The notes under the pieces: model-generated | Told to the model about the DNA's origin: nothing | The model's input: the letters and a program-made list of their open reading frames with translations, nothing else | Database searches by the model: none | Shown here: piece by piece, positions 19,944 to 31,647 of the stretch | How the letters are laid out: each line of letters begins with the position of its first letter | Position numbering within the stretch: position 1 is the stretch's first letter | Assembly (NCBI GenBank): GCA_963836075.1 | Contig: CAWIIB010000009.1 | Coordinates: 96,001 to 160,000 of the forward strand | DNA length: 64,000 bases | Source of the DNA: an uncultured Acidobacteriota bacterium | Lineage (GTDB): Bacteria; Acidobacteriota; JAQAZP01 | Reading direction: 5' to 3' | Translations under genes and position numbers: made by a program

Positions 19944-20594
19944 ATGCCATTTACAACCGTCGAGGGCGAGGACCGGGGGGAGGTGCGGGTCTTCACCATG
20001 TCCACCTGTGCCTGGTGCGACAAGATGAAGGGGCTGCTGAACAACCACAACGTCAAGTATCACTACGTGGACCTCGACCGCCTCGAAGAGGAGGAGCGGG
20101 ACGACATCACCGCCTACCTCGACTCGGTCTACGCCGAGTGGGGCTTCCCCTGCATGCTTTTCGATTCCAGAATCCTGATCGTCGGCTACCAGGAAAAGGA
20201 GATCCGCGAGGCACTGGGCCTTCCCGAAACCGGCGGCGAACCGGTGGAGCCGCCGGCGGAGCCGGCCAGCGAAAAGGTCGGGATGATCATCGAGCGGCTG
20301 CAGCGGTTCGCCGAGAAGAAGAACGCTTCGCTCAACCCGGACCGCAACGTGACGGTGAAGCTGGTCAACGGCCTGCTGGAGAACCAGGAACGCTACGGCT
20401 ACTGGGCCTGCCCCTGCATGCTGGCCGCCGGCAGGCGGGAGGAGGACCGGGACATCATCTGCCCCTGCCACTACTGGGAGGATGACGCGAACGAATTCGG
20501 CGCCTGTTTCTGCGGCCTCTTCGTCTCGCAGAAGGTCATCTCCGGCGAGATGACCCTGCGCACGGTCCCCGAGCGTCGCAAAAAGAAGAAATAG
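19944..20594 (+). CDS. Glutaredoxin fused to ferredoxin:thioredoxin (disulfide) reductase catalytic subunit
   Basis: N-terminal CAWC and GFP (Grx fold); Pro/Glu linker; C-terminal CPC...CPC...CFC [4Fe-4S]/disulfide motifs. Confidence 0.85.
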   Translation: MPFTTVEGEDRGEVRVFTMSTCAWCDKMKGLLNNHNVKYHYVDLDRLEEEERDDITAYLDSVYAEWGFPCMLFDSRILIVGYQEKEIREALGLPETGGEPVEPPAEPASEKVGMIIERLQRFAEKKNASLNPDRNVTVKLVNGLLENQERYGYWACPCMLAAGRREEDRDIICPCHYWEDDANEFGACFCGLFVSQKVISGEMTLRTVPERRKKKK

Positions 20595-20600
20595 CCCCCT

Positions 20601-23600
20601 CTAAGCTCGAATCCTGAAGAAGATCGCGTAGAGCACCGGCACCACGATCAGGGTCAGCACCGTGGCGAACCCCAGGCCGAACATGATGGTCACCGCCATG
20701 GCGATGAAGAAGGCGTCGCTGAGCAGCGGCGCCATGCCCAGAATGGTGGTGATGGCGGCCATCAACACCGGGATCAGGCGGCTGACCCCCGAGTCGACGA
20801 TGGCCTGGAACCCCGGCTTGCCGCTGGCCACCTCCTGGTCGATCTGGTCGATGAGCACGATGGCGTTCTTGATCAGCATCCCGGAGAGGCTGAGCAGTCC
20901 CAGCAGCGACATGAAGCCGAAGGGCTGGTCGAAGAGCAGCAGTCCGGCGGTCACGCCGATCAGCGCCAGGGGCACACAGAGCCAGATGATTGCCGTCTTC
21001 TTCAGCGAGTTGAAGAGGACAATGACGATGAGCACCATCAACCCGAAAAAGATCGGCAGCGTCGATGAGAGGGCAGCCTGGGCCATGGATGATTGTTCGG
21101 CCTCGCCGCCCCAGGCCATGAAGTAGCCGGGTTTGTCTTTCAGCGGCCACTTGGCGTTCTTCGCCAACGGCAACGTCGCGGCGGTGTAGTCGGCAAATGG
21201 ATCCTCCCCCGGCGCAAACTGCTTGCCCAGCACCGCGGCCACGTCTACGTTCAACTCCCGTTCCATCGCCGGTTTGAGCGTGGCCAGAAGATCGGCCGGC
21301 AGGCCCTCGCGCGGCTCGGTGTGGAAGCGGATCATTTTGGAGCGGTCGAAGCGCCAGATGTGGGGATTCTCGAATTCGGTCTCGAACGAACGGACCACCT
21401 GGCCGGCGGGAATCATCCGCTGCGCCGCGGGGCTCCAGACCTGGATCGCGAAGAGGCTGTCCATGTCGGTGCGTTCCGGCTGGGGCGAACGGGCGATGAT
21501 CGGCAGCAGTTCGTCATTCTCGCGATAGACCCCGGTTACGGTCCCCTCCACCGCCGACTCGAGGGACTGGGCCAGCATCGAGCGGGTGACCCCGGCCCGG
21601 CGGGCCTGGGCCTCGGCCAGCTGCGGCCGCAGCACCTTGACCTTGTTGCCCCACTCGTTGCGCAGGGCCTTGACGTTCGGATCGGAGTCGAATACCGCTT
21701 TCGCCCGGGCGGCCAGCAGCTGCAGTTCGTCCGCATCGGGGCCGATCAGGCGCAACTGGATCTTGCCGCCGGTGGCCGGACCGTTGACGAACATCCGGAC
21801 GTTGACCAGGGCAGCGGGCAGCGCTTTCTCCAGACGGCCCTGCATCTCCTGGATCATGGCGGGGACTTTCTTGTAGTCGTCCACGTCGAAGAGCAGCTGG
21901 GCAAAGGCCGAGCTGGGCATTTCGGTGGGATAGGTCAGCAAAAACCGCACCTGGGCGCCGCCGACAAAAGTGGTGACATGTTCGACCCCTTCCATGGCGG
22001 CGGCCACCTCTTCGGCAATGGCGGCCTGGCGCGTCGTCTCGTCGATGTGCGTCCCTTCGGGAAGCCAGAGATCGACAAAGAACTGGGGCCGGGTGGAATC
22101 GGGGAAGAAGCTCTGCTTCACCGAGCCGAAGCCGATTATCGCCGCGATGAACAGGCCCACAACCACGGCCATGGTGATCCAGCGGTGGCGGATGCTGGCC
22201 GAAAGAAAAGCGCTGTAGCCGCGGAAGAGGACACCGCCGTAAGGGTCTTTTGCTTTCTCTCCCTCCTTGAGCGGGGCCTCCTTCTTGAGAAAGGTTTTGC
22301 AGAGCAGCGGCGTAATGGTCACCGCCGTGACCCAGCTGAGCAGCAGTGAGATGAGGATCACGGTGAACAGCGAACGGCAGTATTCCCCGGTTGCGTCCTG
22401 GGAAGTGCCGATGGAGGCGAAGGCGGTGATCGCCACGATGGTGGCGCCGAGCAGCGGCACCGCGGTCTGGCTCACCACGGCCTTGGCCGCGGACAGCGCG
22501 TCCTCGCCCTGCTTCATTCTCATCCGCATGCCGTCAGTGACCACGATGGCGTTGTCCACCAGCATACCCAGGGCGATGATCAGCGCGCCGAGGGAGATCC
22601 GCTCCAGGGTCACCTCCTTCATGCTCATGAAGATGAAGGTGCCCATGATGGTGATCAGCAGCACGGCGCCGATGATCAGCCCCGAGCGAAGCCCCATGAA
22701 GATCAGCAGCACCACCACCACGATGAGGATCGCCTCCACCAGGTTGATCAGGAAGCCGTTGATTGCCACCTTCACCGTCTCCGACTGCAGGGAGATGATG
22801 TGCATATCGATGCCCAGCGGTGCCATCGGCTCCAGCTGGCGGAACCGTTCGCCCAGCGCCTCGCCCATGTTCACCACGTTGCCCCCCTCCACCGTGGAGA
22901 TGGCCAGGCCGATGGCCGGTTGGCCGTCGTAGCGCAGGATGGTGGAGGCCGGCTCCTGGTACCCGCGGCGGATCACGGCCACGTCCCTGAGGTAGACCAG
23001 CTGGTCACTCCTCAGCTGCTGGCTGGAGATGAGCAGGTCGCCGAACTCCTGCTCGGAGGTGAACTCACCGGTGGGGTTGACCGCGATGTACTCGGCGCCC
23101 AGGGTGAGATTGCCCGCCGGGGCCGGCAGGTTTTTCGAAGCCAGCGAGTTGTAGATGTCCTGGGGGGAGATGCCCAGTTCGGCCATCTTCTCCCGCCGCA
23201 TTTCGACGTAGACCGCCTCCGGCTGGTTGCCGTAGAGCACGATCTTCTTCACGTCCTGGACGGTGAGCAGCTCGCGCTGGAGGAACTTGGCGTAGTCGTA
23301 GATCTCCTTGTAGGAGTACCCCTCGCCGGTGAGCGCCATGTAGATGCCGAACACATCGCCAAAGTCGTCGTTGACGACGGACGGCCCGGCCCCGGGGGGC
23401 AACTGCCGCTGGGCGTCACCCACCTTGCGCCTCAGCTCATCCCAGACCTGGGGCAGCAGGTTCTTGTCGTAACGGTCCTTGATGAAGACATAGACAATGG
23501 AACGACCGCGGGAGGAGCGCGACTCGAGCCACCAGAGCTGGCCCAGTTCCTGGCAGGCCATTTCGATGACATTGGTCACCTCCTCCTCCACCTCGGCCGC

Positions 23601-23765
23601 CGAAGCGCCCGCGTAGGGAGTGACCACCGAGGCCTGCTTGATGGTGAACTCGGGATCCTCCAGGCGGCTGAGACCGTTGAAGGAGACCCACCCGGCGACC
23701 ACGATCAGGACGGTCATGACCCAGGTGATGACGCTCTTCTTTATCGACAGTTCGGCGATGTTCAT
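20601..23765 (-). CDS. RND efflux permease (AcrB/AcrD/AcrF family)
   Basis: 1054 aa; RLEDPEFTIK, ALGMLVDNAIVV, LIKNAIVLID. Confidence 0.95.
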   Translation of the reverse strand: MNIAELSIKKSVITWVMTVLIVVAGWVSFNGLSRLEDPEFTIKQASVVTPYAGASAAEVEEEVTNVIEMACQELGQLWWLESRSSRGRSIVYVFIKDRYDKNLLPQVWDELRRKVGDAQRQLPPGAGPSVVNDDFGDVFGIYMALTGEGYSYKEIYDYAKFLQRELLTVQDVKKIVLYGNQPEAVYVEMRREKMAELGISPQDIYNSLASKNLPAPAGNLTLGAEYIAVNPTGEFTSEQEFGDLLISSQQLRSDQLVYLRDVAVIRRGYQEPASTILRYDGQPAIGLAISTVEGGNVVNMGEALGERFRQLEPMAPLGIDMHIISLQSETVKVAINGFLINLVEAILIVVVVLLIFMGLRSGLIIGAVLLITIMGTFIFMSMKEVTLERISLGALIIALGMLVDNAIVVTDGMRMRMKQGEDALSAAKAVVSQTAVPLLGATIVAITAFASIGTSQDATGEYCRSLFTVILISLLLSWVTAVTITPLLCKTFLKKEAPLKEGEKAKDPYGGVLFRGYSAFLSASIRHRWITMAVVVGLFIAAIIGFGSVKQSFFPDSTRPQFFVDLWLPEGTHIDETTRQAAIAEEVAAAMEGVEHVTTFVGGAQVRFLLTYPTEMPSSAFAQLLFDVDDYKKVPAMIQEMQGRLEKALPAALVNVRMFVNGPATGGKIQLRLIGPDADELQLLAARAKAVFDSDPNVKALRNEWGNKVKVLRPQLAEAQARRAGVTRSMLAQSLESAVEGTVTGVYRENDELLPIIARSPQPERTDMDSLFAIQVWSPAAQRMIPAGQVVRSFETEFENPHIWRFDRSKMIRFHTEPREGLPADLLATLKPAMERELNVDVAAVLGKQFAPGEDPFADYTAATLPLAKNAKWPLKDKPGYFMAWGGEAEQSSMAQAALSSTLPIFFGLMVLIVIVLFNSLKKTAIIWLCVPLALIGVTAGLLLFDQPFGFMSLLGLLSLSGMLIKNAIVLIDQIDQEVASGKPGFQAIVDSGVSRLIPVLMAAITTILGMAPLLSDAFFIAMAVTIMFGLGFATVLTLIVVPVLYAIFFRIRA

Positions 23766-23781
23766 CGGCAGCCCGTCCCCC

Positions 23782-24885
23782 TCACTGGTTCAGCGAGCGG
23801 ATCTGCATTCCCTCGCTGAGGCGGCTCACCGCGCTGACCGCCACCGTCTCGCCGGCCTCGAGACCGCTGACGATGATGATCTGGTCTGTTCCGGTCAGTT
23901 CTCCGGTGGTCACGGCCCGACGGGAAACGGTCATCGATTCCGGATCCACCACCCAGAGGAATTTCCCCTGGTTCTCGTCGTCAAAAACCGCCGCCGCGGG
24001 GATCACCACCGCGGCCCCGGCTTCACCGGTGGGGTCGCCCTGAATCACCACGGTGGCCGTCATCCCGGGCAACACGGTCAACCCCTCGGGACTGGGCATG
24101 CCCAGGGTCACCCGGTAGGTCTGGGTGGCCGGATCGGCCTGGTTGGCCACTTCCTCCACATCCAGCTCGAACTCGCGGTTCGGGTCGGCCTCGAACCGGG
24201 CCACCAGGCGGAATTCGGCCCCGTCTTCGGCTTCGTTCCTGCCCTCGCCACGAGCCCGGGCGATGAGCATTTCCGGTACATCGACCTCGATCTTCAGCCG
24301 AGTGACATCGACCAGGCTGAGCACCGGCTGACGCGGCCGCACGTCCTGGAAGTTCTCCACGAAAGTGGTGCCCACCCGACCGGAAAAGGGCGCCCGCAGG
24401 CTGGTGTCGGCCAGGTTCGCTTCAGCGGTGTCCACGGCCGAGGCGGCCACGTCCCGCACTGCCCGAGCCTGATCCAGCTGGGTGGCCGGAATGGCTTCTT
24501 TCTCATAGAGCGCCGCCATGCGCTCGAAGTCGGCCCGCGCCCGCTGGTACTCGGCCCGGGCGCTGGAAAGACGGATCTCGAAATCGCGGGGATCGATGCG
24601 CGCCACCACCTGGCCCTTGCGGATGGCGTCACCCTCCTTGACCGGGAAGGTGATCAATGGCCCACCGACACGGAAGGAGAGATCAACCTGGTTGGTGGCT
24701 TCCACCCGGCCGGGAAAACTCCGCTCTCCCACGTCTCCGCCCCCGGCCACGATCAACGTTTTCACCGGGCGGACCACCGGGGCCTGCTCCACCACCGGTT
24801 CACCGCCGCAGGACCCGAGCAGCAGCACCATGATGAGAACGACCGGACCGTGGACCCATGCCGCCTTGTTCCTGCCGATGTTCAT
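23782..24885 (-). CDS. RND periplasmic adaptor (membrane fusion protein)
   Basis: Lipobox LLGSC; LSFRVGG..VKEGD, LRAPFSG, LPGMTA; start could alternatively be 24924. Confidence 0.9.
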   Translation of the reverse strand: MNIGRNKAAWVHGPVVLIMVLLLGSCGGEPVVEQAPVVRPVKTLIVAGGGDVGERSFPGRVEATNQVDLSFRVGGPLITFPVKEGDAIRKGQVVARIDPRDFEIRLSSARAEYQRARADFERMAALYEKEAIPATQLDQARAVRDVAASAVDTAEANLADTSLRAPFSGRVGTTFVENFQDVRPRQPVLSLVDVTRLKIEVDVPEMLIARARGEGRNEAEDGAEFRLVARFEADPNREFELDVEEVANQADPATQTYRVTLGMPSPEGLTVLPGMTATVVIQGDPTGEAGAAVVIPAAAVFDDENQGKFLWVVDPESMTVSRRAVTTGELTGTDQIIIVSGLEAGETVAVSAVSRLSEGMQIRSLNQ

Positions 24886-24920
24886 CTCTCGACCTCGTCC
24901 TTTTGTTACAGTCGTTTGAT

Positions 24921-27347
24921 TCATTGGCCCTGCCCCTCCCGACTCGCGGCCGCCGCAGCTTCGACCTGCTCGATGAGCCGTTCCATGTCACCGGGCTCCA
25001 GCTCGTCCTCGAACAGGGAAATGGCCCGCTGCAGGGCCACCAGGTCGAGAAGAAATTCGTAGCGGGCGATGGTGGCTTCCTGCTCGGCAACGAACTGCTG
25101 GTTCTGCGCCGAATCGAGGTCGGTGACATTGACCACACCCTCGGCGTATTTCTCCTGCACCAGCTCGAGGTTTTTCGCCGCCACTTCCGCCGACTCACGG
25201 CTGAGAGCGATCCGCGCAAAAGAGCTGGCCACCCGGTTCAGCGCCGTGCGGGTCTGCTGCTCCACCAGTTCGCCGGCCAGGGCCAGCTGCCGCTCCAGCC
25301 CCTCCAGCTCGGCCTTGCCCTTGGCCCGCGCCGCCGCCTTGCGTCCGCCCTCGAAGAAGGGGTAGGACGCGCCCACCATGAAGCCATAGGAGTCGTCCCC
25401 GTCGGGGAAGGTGTTCACATCGCCGCTGATCAGCTCGTTGGCATAGTAGAGATCGACGAAGAAGGAGGGCAGAAAGTAGCTCCGGCCCAGCTGGGCCAGG
25501 CCGATCTCCTGCGCTTCCATGGTCCTGGCCAGAGCGTGCATCTCCGGGGAGCGCTCCAGGGCCATCTCCACCATTGCGTCGCGCAGCGCCTGGCGGTGCG
25601 GGGGATCACGCAGGACCTGGTCGAGCCTCCCGCCGGCAAAGTAAAACTCCTCTTGCACCTCGATCTCCCGCGGCCGCCAGCGCCGGTCCTGGGCCGTGCC
25701 GAGGGTCTGGTTCAGGGCGATCATGGCATTGGCAACGCTCTGGGCGCTGCGCATCAACTGGCTGCGCTCATTGGCCAGCTGGGCCTCCCAGCGGTAGATC
25801 TCGTCACGGCCCGAATACCCCACCTCCAGGCGCAGGTTCGCCAGCTCCAGGTTTTCACGGGTCAATCTGATATTTTCCGTCCGCACCTTGTACAGCGCCC
25901 GGGCCAGGGCCAGGCCGAGGAAAGTCTCGCCGGCGGCGGCCCGAATATCCAGACGCGTACTTTCATACATCTCGGCCCCGGCCTCGCTGAGGCGCTTGGA
26001 GGCCCGCCAGTTCGACACCGATTGGTCGTCATAGATCATCTGGCGCAGCGCGGCACGGCCCATGGTGGAGCCGTCGGCGGCGATACCGGCGTTGGTGAAG
26101 GTCGCCAGGGAATCGGTCCGGGCATGGGCAAAATCGGCCTGCATCTGGGGCAGAAGCGGGCTGCGGAACAGCTTCTCATCCTGCTCGATGCTCATGAGAC
26201 GGCTCTGTTCCACGGCCAGCGTCGTGTTGCCGGCCTCGGCCATTCTCATCGCCTCCTCCAGGCTCAACTCCTCCGCGTCACCTTCAAAGGCCTCCTCGTC
26301 GAGAAAGGACGCGTAGAGCCGTGTTTCGGGGTCCGGGGTGTAGCCCACGGCCACGGCAGTGCGGGCATTGATCAGCAACATACTGTCCACCGTGAGCAGC
26401 ACCGGCAGGTCGCCCGTGGTCTCGCCACGGATCAGCCGGCTGAGGTTGAGCGCCGCCCGGCGCACCGCCTGGTCGGTGATATCGGGGGAGAGTGCACCCA
26501 GCACACCCAGGTGAACATCCGAATGGCCAATGAGACTGAAGGTCGGGATACCGCGCCCGGTGAGGCTGTCGATCAGCTGTTTGCGATCAGTGGTGGAGAG
26601 CCGGGGCATCCCGGTGAGATAAACCGCCTCGATGCTGTCGCCAAGGGAGGCGAGAAGGGCATCGGCGTCAGCACCTGCAGGAATGGTGACCAGATGTGTA
26701 TCCAGCTGCTGCTCCATCTTTGCGATGTCCGCGGTGATGTCCCCGGCGGCGGCAAGATCGGTTTCGCCGGCGAGGACATGCAGCGTCTCAAACGGAATCA
26801 GCGAGTGGAAAAGCTCCACGTCGTTGATGACCCGCGAGGGCATGGCGATGAAGGCAAGGTTCCTTTTTGCCGAGTGGTTGTCTGCGGTTCGCGGCAGGTG
26901 CATGAGGTCGGCCCGCTGTACATAGACCGAGACCACCGGTTTGGCGAGGGTCATGCCGTCACCGGCGGCGGCCATGGTGACCATTGCACCGTCCACCAGC
27001 ACCAGGTCCACTTCGGGGTCGGCCAGGGCCGCTTCCAGGGCGGCCGCCGCGTTCGCCGCATCCCACCCGGCGTCAAAAGCCGGGTCGCGCTTGAACTTCG
27101 CGGTGTAGTAGCCCGGCAGGTGCGAGTTCAGCTCGGCCTCCACCATAACCGCCAGAGCACTCGCTGGATCGGGCGGCGGGCCGTCACGGACCACGGCAAT
27201 GGTGAATGACTGCTCCCCCGTTGCCGGCGCGGCCAGTGCACTCCCGGCCCACACCAGCGCCAGGGCCCCCAGGACCAGGACGGCAAGGAATGTCCCCCGC
27301 CGGGATACCCTGCGTTCAAAGATACGCTTGTTCACAGTGTTCCTCAT
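24921..27347 (-). CDS. TolC-family outer membrane factor with an N-terminal periplasmic-binding-protein-like domain
   Basis: 808 aa; C-terminal ~450 aa TolC repeats (LSLEEAMRMA..N, LELVQEKYAEG); N-terminal ~340 aa alpha/beta domain ending LLINARTAVAVG, resembling the ABC substrate-binding family. Confidence 0.8.
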   Translation of the reverse strand: MRNTVNKRIFERRVSRRGTFLAVLVLGALALVWAGSALAAPATGEQSFTIAVVRDGPPPDPASALAVMVEAELNSHLPGYYTAKFKRDPAFDAGWDAANAAAALEAALADPEVDLVLVDGAMVTMAAAGDGMTLAKPVVSVYVQRADLMHLPRTADNHSAKRNLAFIAMPSRVINDVELFHSLIPFETLHVLAGETDLAAAGDITADIAKMEQQLDTHLVTIPAGADADALLASLGDSIEAVYLTGMPRLSTTDRKQLIDSLTGRGIPTFSLIGHSDVHLGVLGALSPDITDQAVRRAALNLSRLIRGETTGDLPVLLTVDSMLLINARTAVAVGYTPDPETRLYASFLDEEAFEGDAEELSLEEAMRMAEAGNTTLAVEQSRLMSIEQDEKLFRSPLLPQMQADFAHARTDSLATFTNAGIAADGSTMGRAALRQMIYDDQSVSNWRASKRLSEAGAEMYESTRLDIRAAAGETFLGLALARALYKVRTENIRLTRENLELANLRLEVGYSGRDEIYRWEAQLANERSQLMRSAQSVANAMIALNQTLGTAQDRRWRPREIEVQEEFYFAGGRLDQVLRDPPHRQALRDAMVEMALERSPEMHALARTMEAQEIGLAQLGRSYFLPSFFVDLYYANELISGDVNTFPDGDDSYGFMVGASYPFFEGGRKAAARAKGKAELEGLERQLALAGELVEQQTRTALNRVASSFARIALSRESAEVAAKNLELVQEKYAEGVVNVTDLDSAQNQQFVAEQEATIARYEFLLDLVALQRAISLFEDELEPGDMERLIEQVEAAAAASREGQGQ

Positions 27348-27432
27348 GGATTCTGGTTAGCTGTTTTGCAATGTAAACCAATGAATTGATGTAGGTTTGT
27401 ATCATAGCATGCCCGTCGTCGGGAATACCACA

Positions 27433-27517
27433 TCAAAAGTCTGACTGGGGCTCCAGGTCCGTGGTCTCGTGAAGGCGTGATTCGGGAGTCGGGGGAAGCT
27501 TCGGGCTCCACCCCCCG
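27433..27517 (-). pseudogene. Orphan 3' remnant of an OMF gene, paralogous to the end of 31648-36225
   Basis: 27451-27517 matches 31663-31729 at 58/67 nt; translates GGWSPKLPPTPESRLHETTDLEPQSDF* versus GGWSPELPPAPESRLHETTDLESPPE*. Confidence 0.8.
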
Positions 27518-27548
27518 GCGCCTTCGACAGGGACGGCCGCCGGGAGGG

Positions 27549-30022
<2,474 letters not shown>

Positions 30023-30153
30023 GGTCTGACCTCCCGTCGTTGGCGGCCCAGCCCGGCAATGTGGGCGTTAACTATGTCTCCCCGGCGTGAGGTAGCCCAT
30101 GGCGTGATCCTCCACATCGCCTTTTCTCCCTTCCCTCTTTTCCTGGCCCTGCC

Positions 30154-31467
30154 TTACGATCCCGCCATGGACACCGGCTGGCCGGTGGTTCCGAGGACCC
30201 GCTGCCAGATTTCGCCTTCCGGATCGATCTGCTTGCGGCCGGAGGTGGCGAGGGAGATCGGCACATGGGTGAAGCGGTGGTTCCAGAAGCCGACGAACAT
30301 GCCGGTGCGCCCGGCCATGGCGGCATGGGCCGCGTGCTGCCCGAGGACCAGGCAAAAGGCCGAGTCGAACGCGTTGGCCGCCTTGCTGCGGATGGTGTAG
30401 CTCGGGTCGATATACTTCACATCCACCGGGATGCCGCGGGAAGAGAAGTGCTCGCGGATCTGGTCGCGCAGGACGATACCGATGTCGCCAAGCTTGACGT
30501 TGCCCGATGCATCCCTCCCGCCGCCGGCTGCCACCAACTCCTGCCCGGCACCCTCGGCAACGGCGATGACCGCATGCCGGCGATCGGCAAGCCGGTTCCC
30601 CAGCGCCTCGAGGAAACCGTCCCGCCCCTCCAGGGTGAAGGGGACCTCGGGGATGAGGCAGAAATTCACGTCCCCGTCGGCCAGCGTGGCGTGAGCAGCG
30701 ATGGATCCGCTGTGCCGCCCCATCAATTTGACCAGTCCGACGCCGTTCAACGCCGCCCGGGCTTCGTTGTGCGCGGCGGTCAGCGTGTCCTCCGCCTCGT
30801 CCACGGCAGTGGTGAAGCCAAAGGTCCGCTGTGTCCACATCAGGTCGTCGTCGATGGTCTTTGGCACACCGATGACGCCGATGTCGAGCCCGCGGCGCCG
30901 GATCTCCTCGGCAATGGCCAGGGCGCCGCGAAGGGTGCCGTCGCCACCGATGGTGAACAGGACCTGCAGGTCGTGCTCCACCAGCTGGTCGACCATCACC
31001 GCGGTATCCTGCGCGCCACGGGAGGTGCCGAGCATCGTCCCCCCCTGCCGGTGGATGTACTCCACCATCCCGGGGTCCAACTCCACCGGCTCTGCGGGGC
31101 ACTGGGGCATCAGGCCGTAGTAGCCGTAGCGGAAGCCGAGCACGCGATCGACGCCGTAAGCATGGTGCATGGTCAGAACGATGGAGCGGATGACGTCGTT
31201 GAGCCCCGGGCAGAGTCCGCCGCAGGTGACGATGCCGCAACCCACCTTCTCGGGCCGAAAGAAGATCTTCTCCCGCGGGCCGGCGGCCTCGAAATGCGGG
31301 GGTTCTTCTCCACGCTCGATGGCCTGCCGCTGCTCCCCGATCTGCTGCCCGATGAGTACGCCGTTGGCCACGGAGACGAAGTCCCGCCGTCCTACGAGCG
31401 GAGAGGGGAGGGTGGGTTCGCCGAGCGTCTCGATCACGAGACCCGTTTGGTCGGGCAGTAGTCTCAA
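30154..31467 (-). CDS. pfkA: ATP-dependent 6-phosphofructokinase
   Basis: TCGGLCPG, GGDGT (Gly = ATP type), PKTIDDD, MGRHSG; likely TTG start at 31467 after GGAGG. Confidence 0.88.
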   Translation of the reverse strand: MRLLPDQTGLVIETLGEPTLPSPLVGRRDFVSVANGVLIGQQIGEQRQAIERGEEPPHFEAAGPREKIFFRPEKVGCGIVTCGGLCPGLNDVIRSIVLTMHHAYGVDRVLGFRYGYYGLMPQCPAEPVELDPGMVEYIHRQGGTMLGTSRGAQDTAVMVDQLVEHDLQVLFTIGGDGTLRGALAIAEEIRRRGLDIGVIGVPKTIDDDLMWTQRTFGFTTAVDEAEDTLTAAHNEARAALNGVGLVKLMGRHSGSIAAHATLADGDVNFCLIPEVPFTLEGRDGFLEALGNRLADRRHAVIAVAEGAGQELVAAGGGRDASGNVKLGDIGIVLRDQIREHFSSRGIPVDVKYIDPSYTIRSKAANAFDSAFCLVLGQHAAHAAMAGRTGMFVGFWNHRFTHVPISLATSGRKQIDPEGEIWQRVLGTTGQPVSMAGS

Positions 31468-31647
31468 GGGGTTACCTCCAGGCTTCACCGGCCGGCACCC
31501 GCTGCTCCGGCAGCAGCGGGTATCGTGCGGCAGTCCTTGACGTATCAGAGTAGTGACTGCTGATTTGGCGGTCAAGCGGGCCGATACCGGGGACCGGCTT
31601 CAGTCCTTCTTCGTCGGATCGGTGCTGCCCTTCAAGATTGAGTGGAC

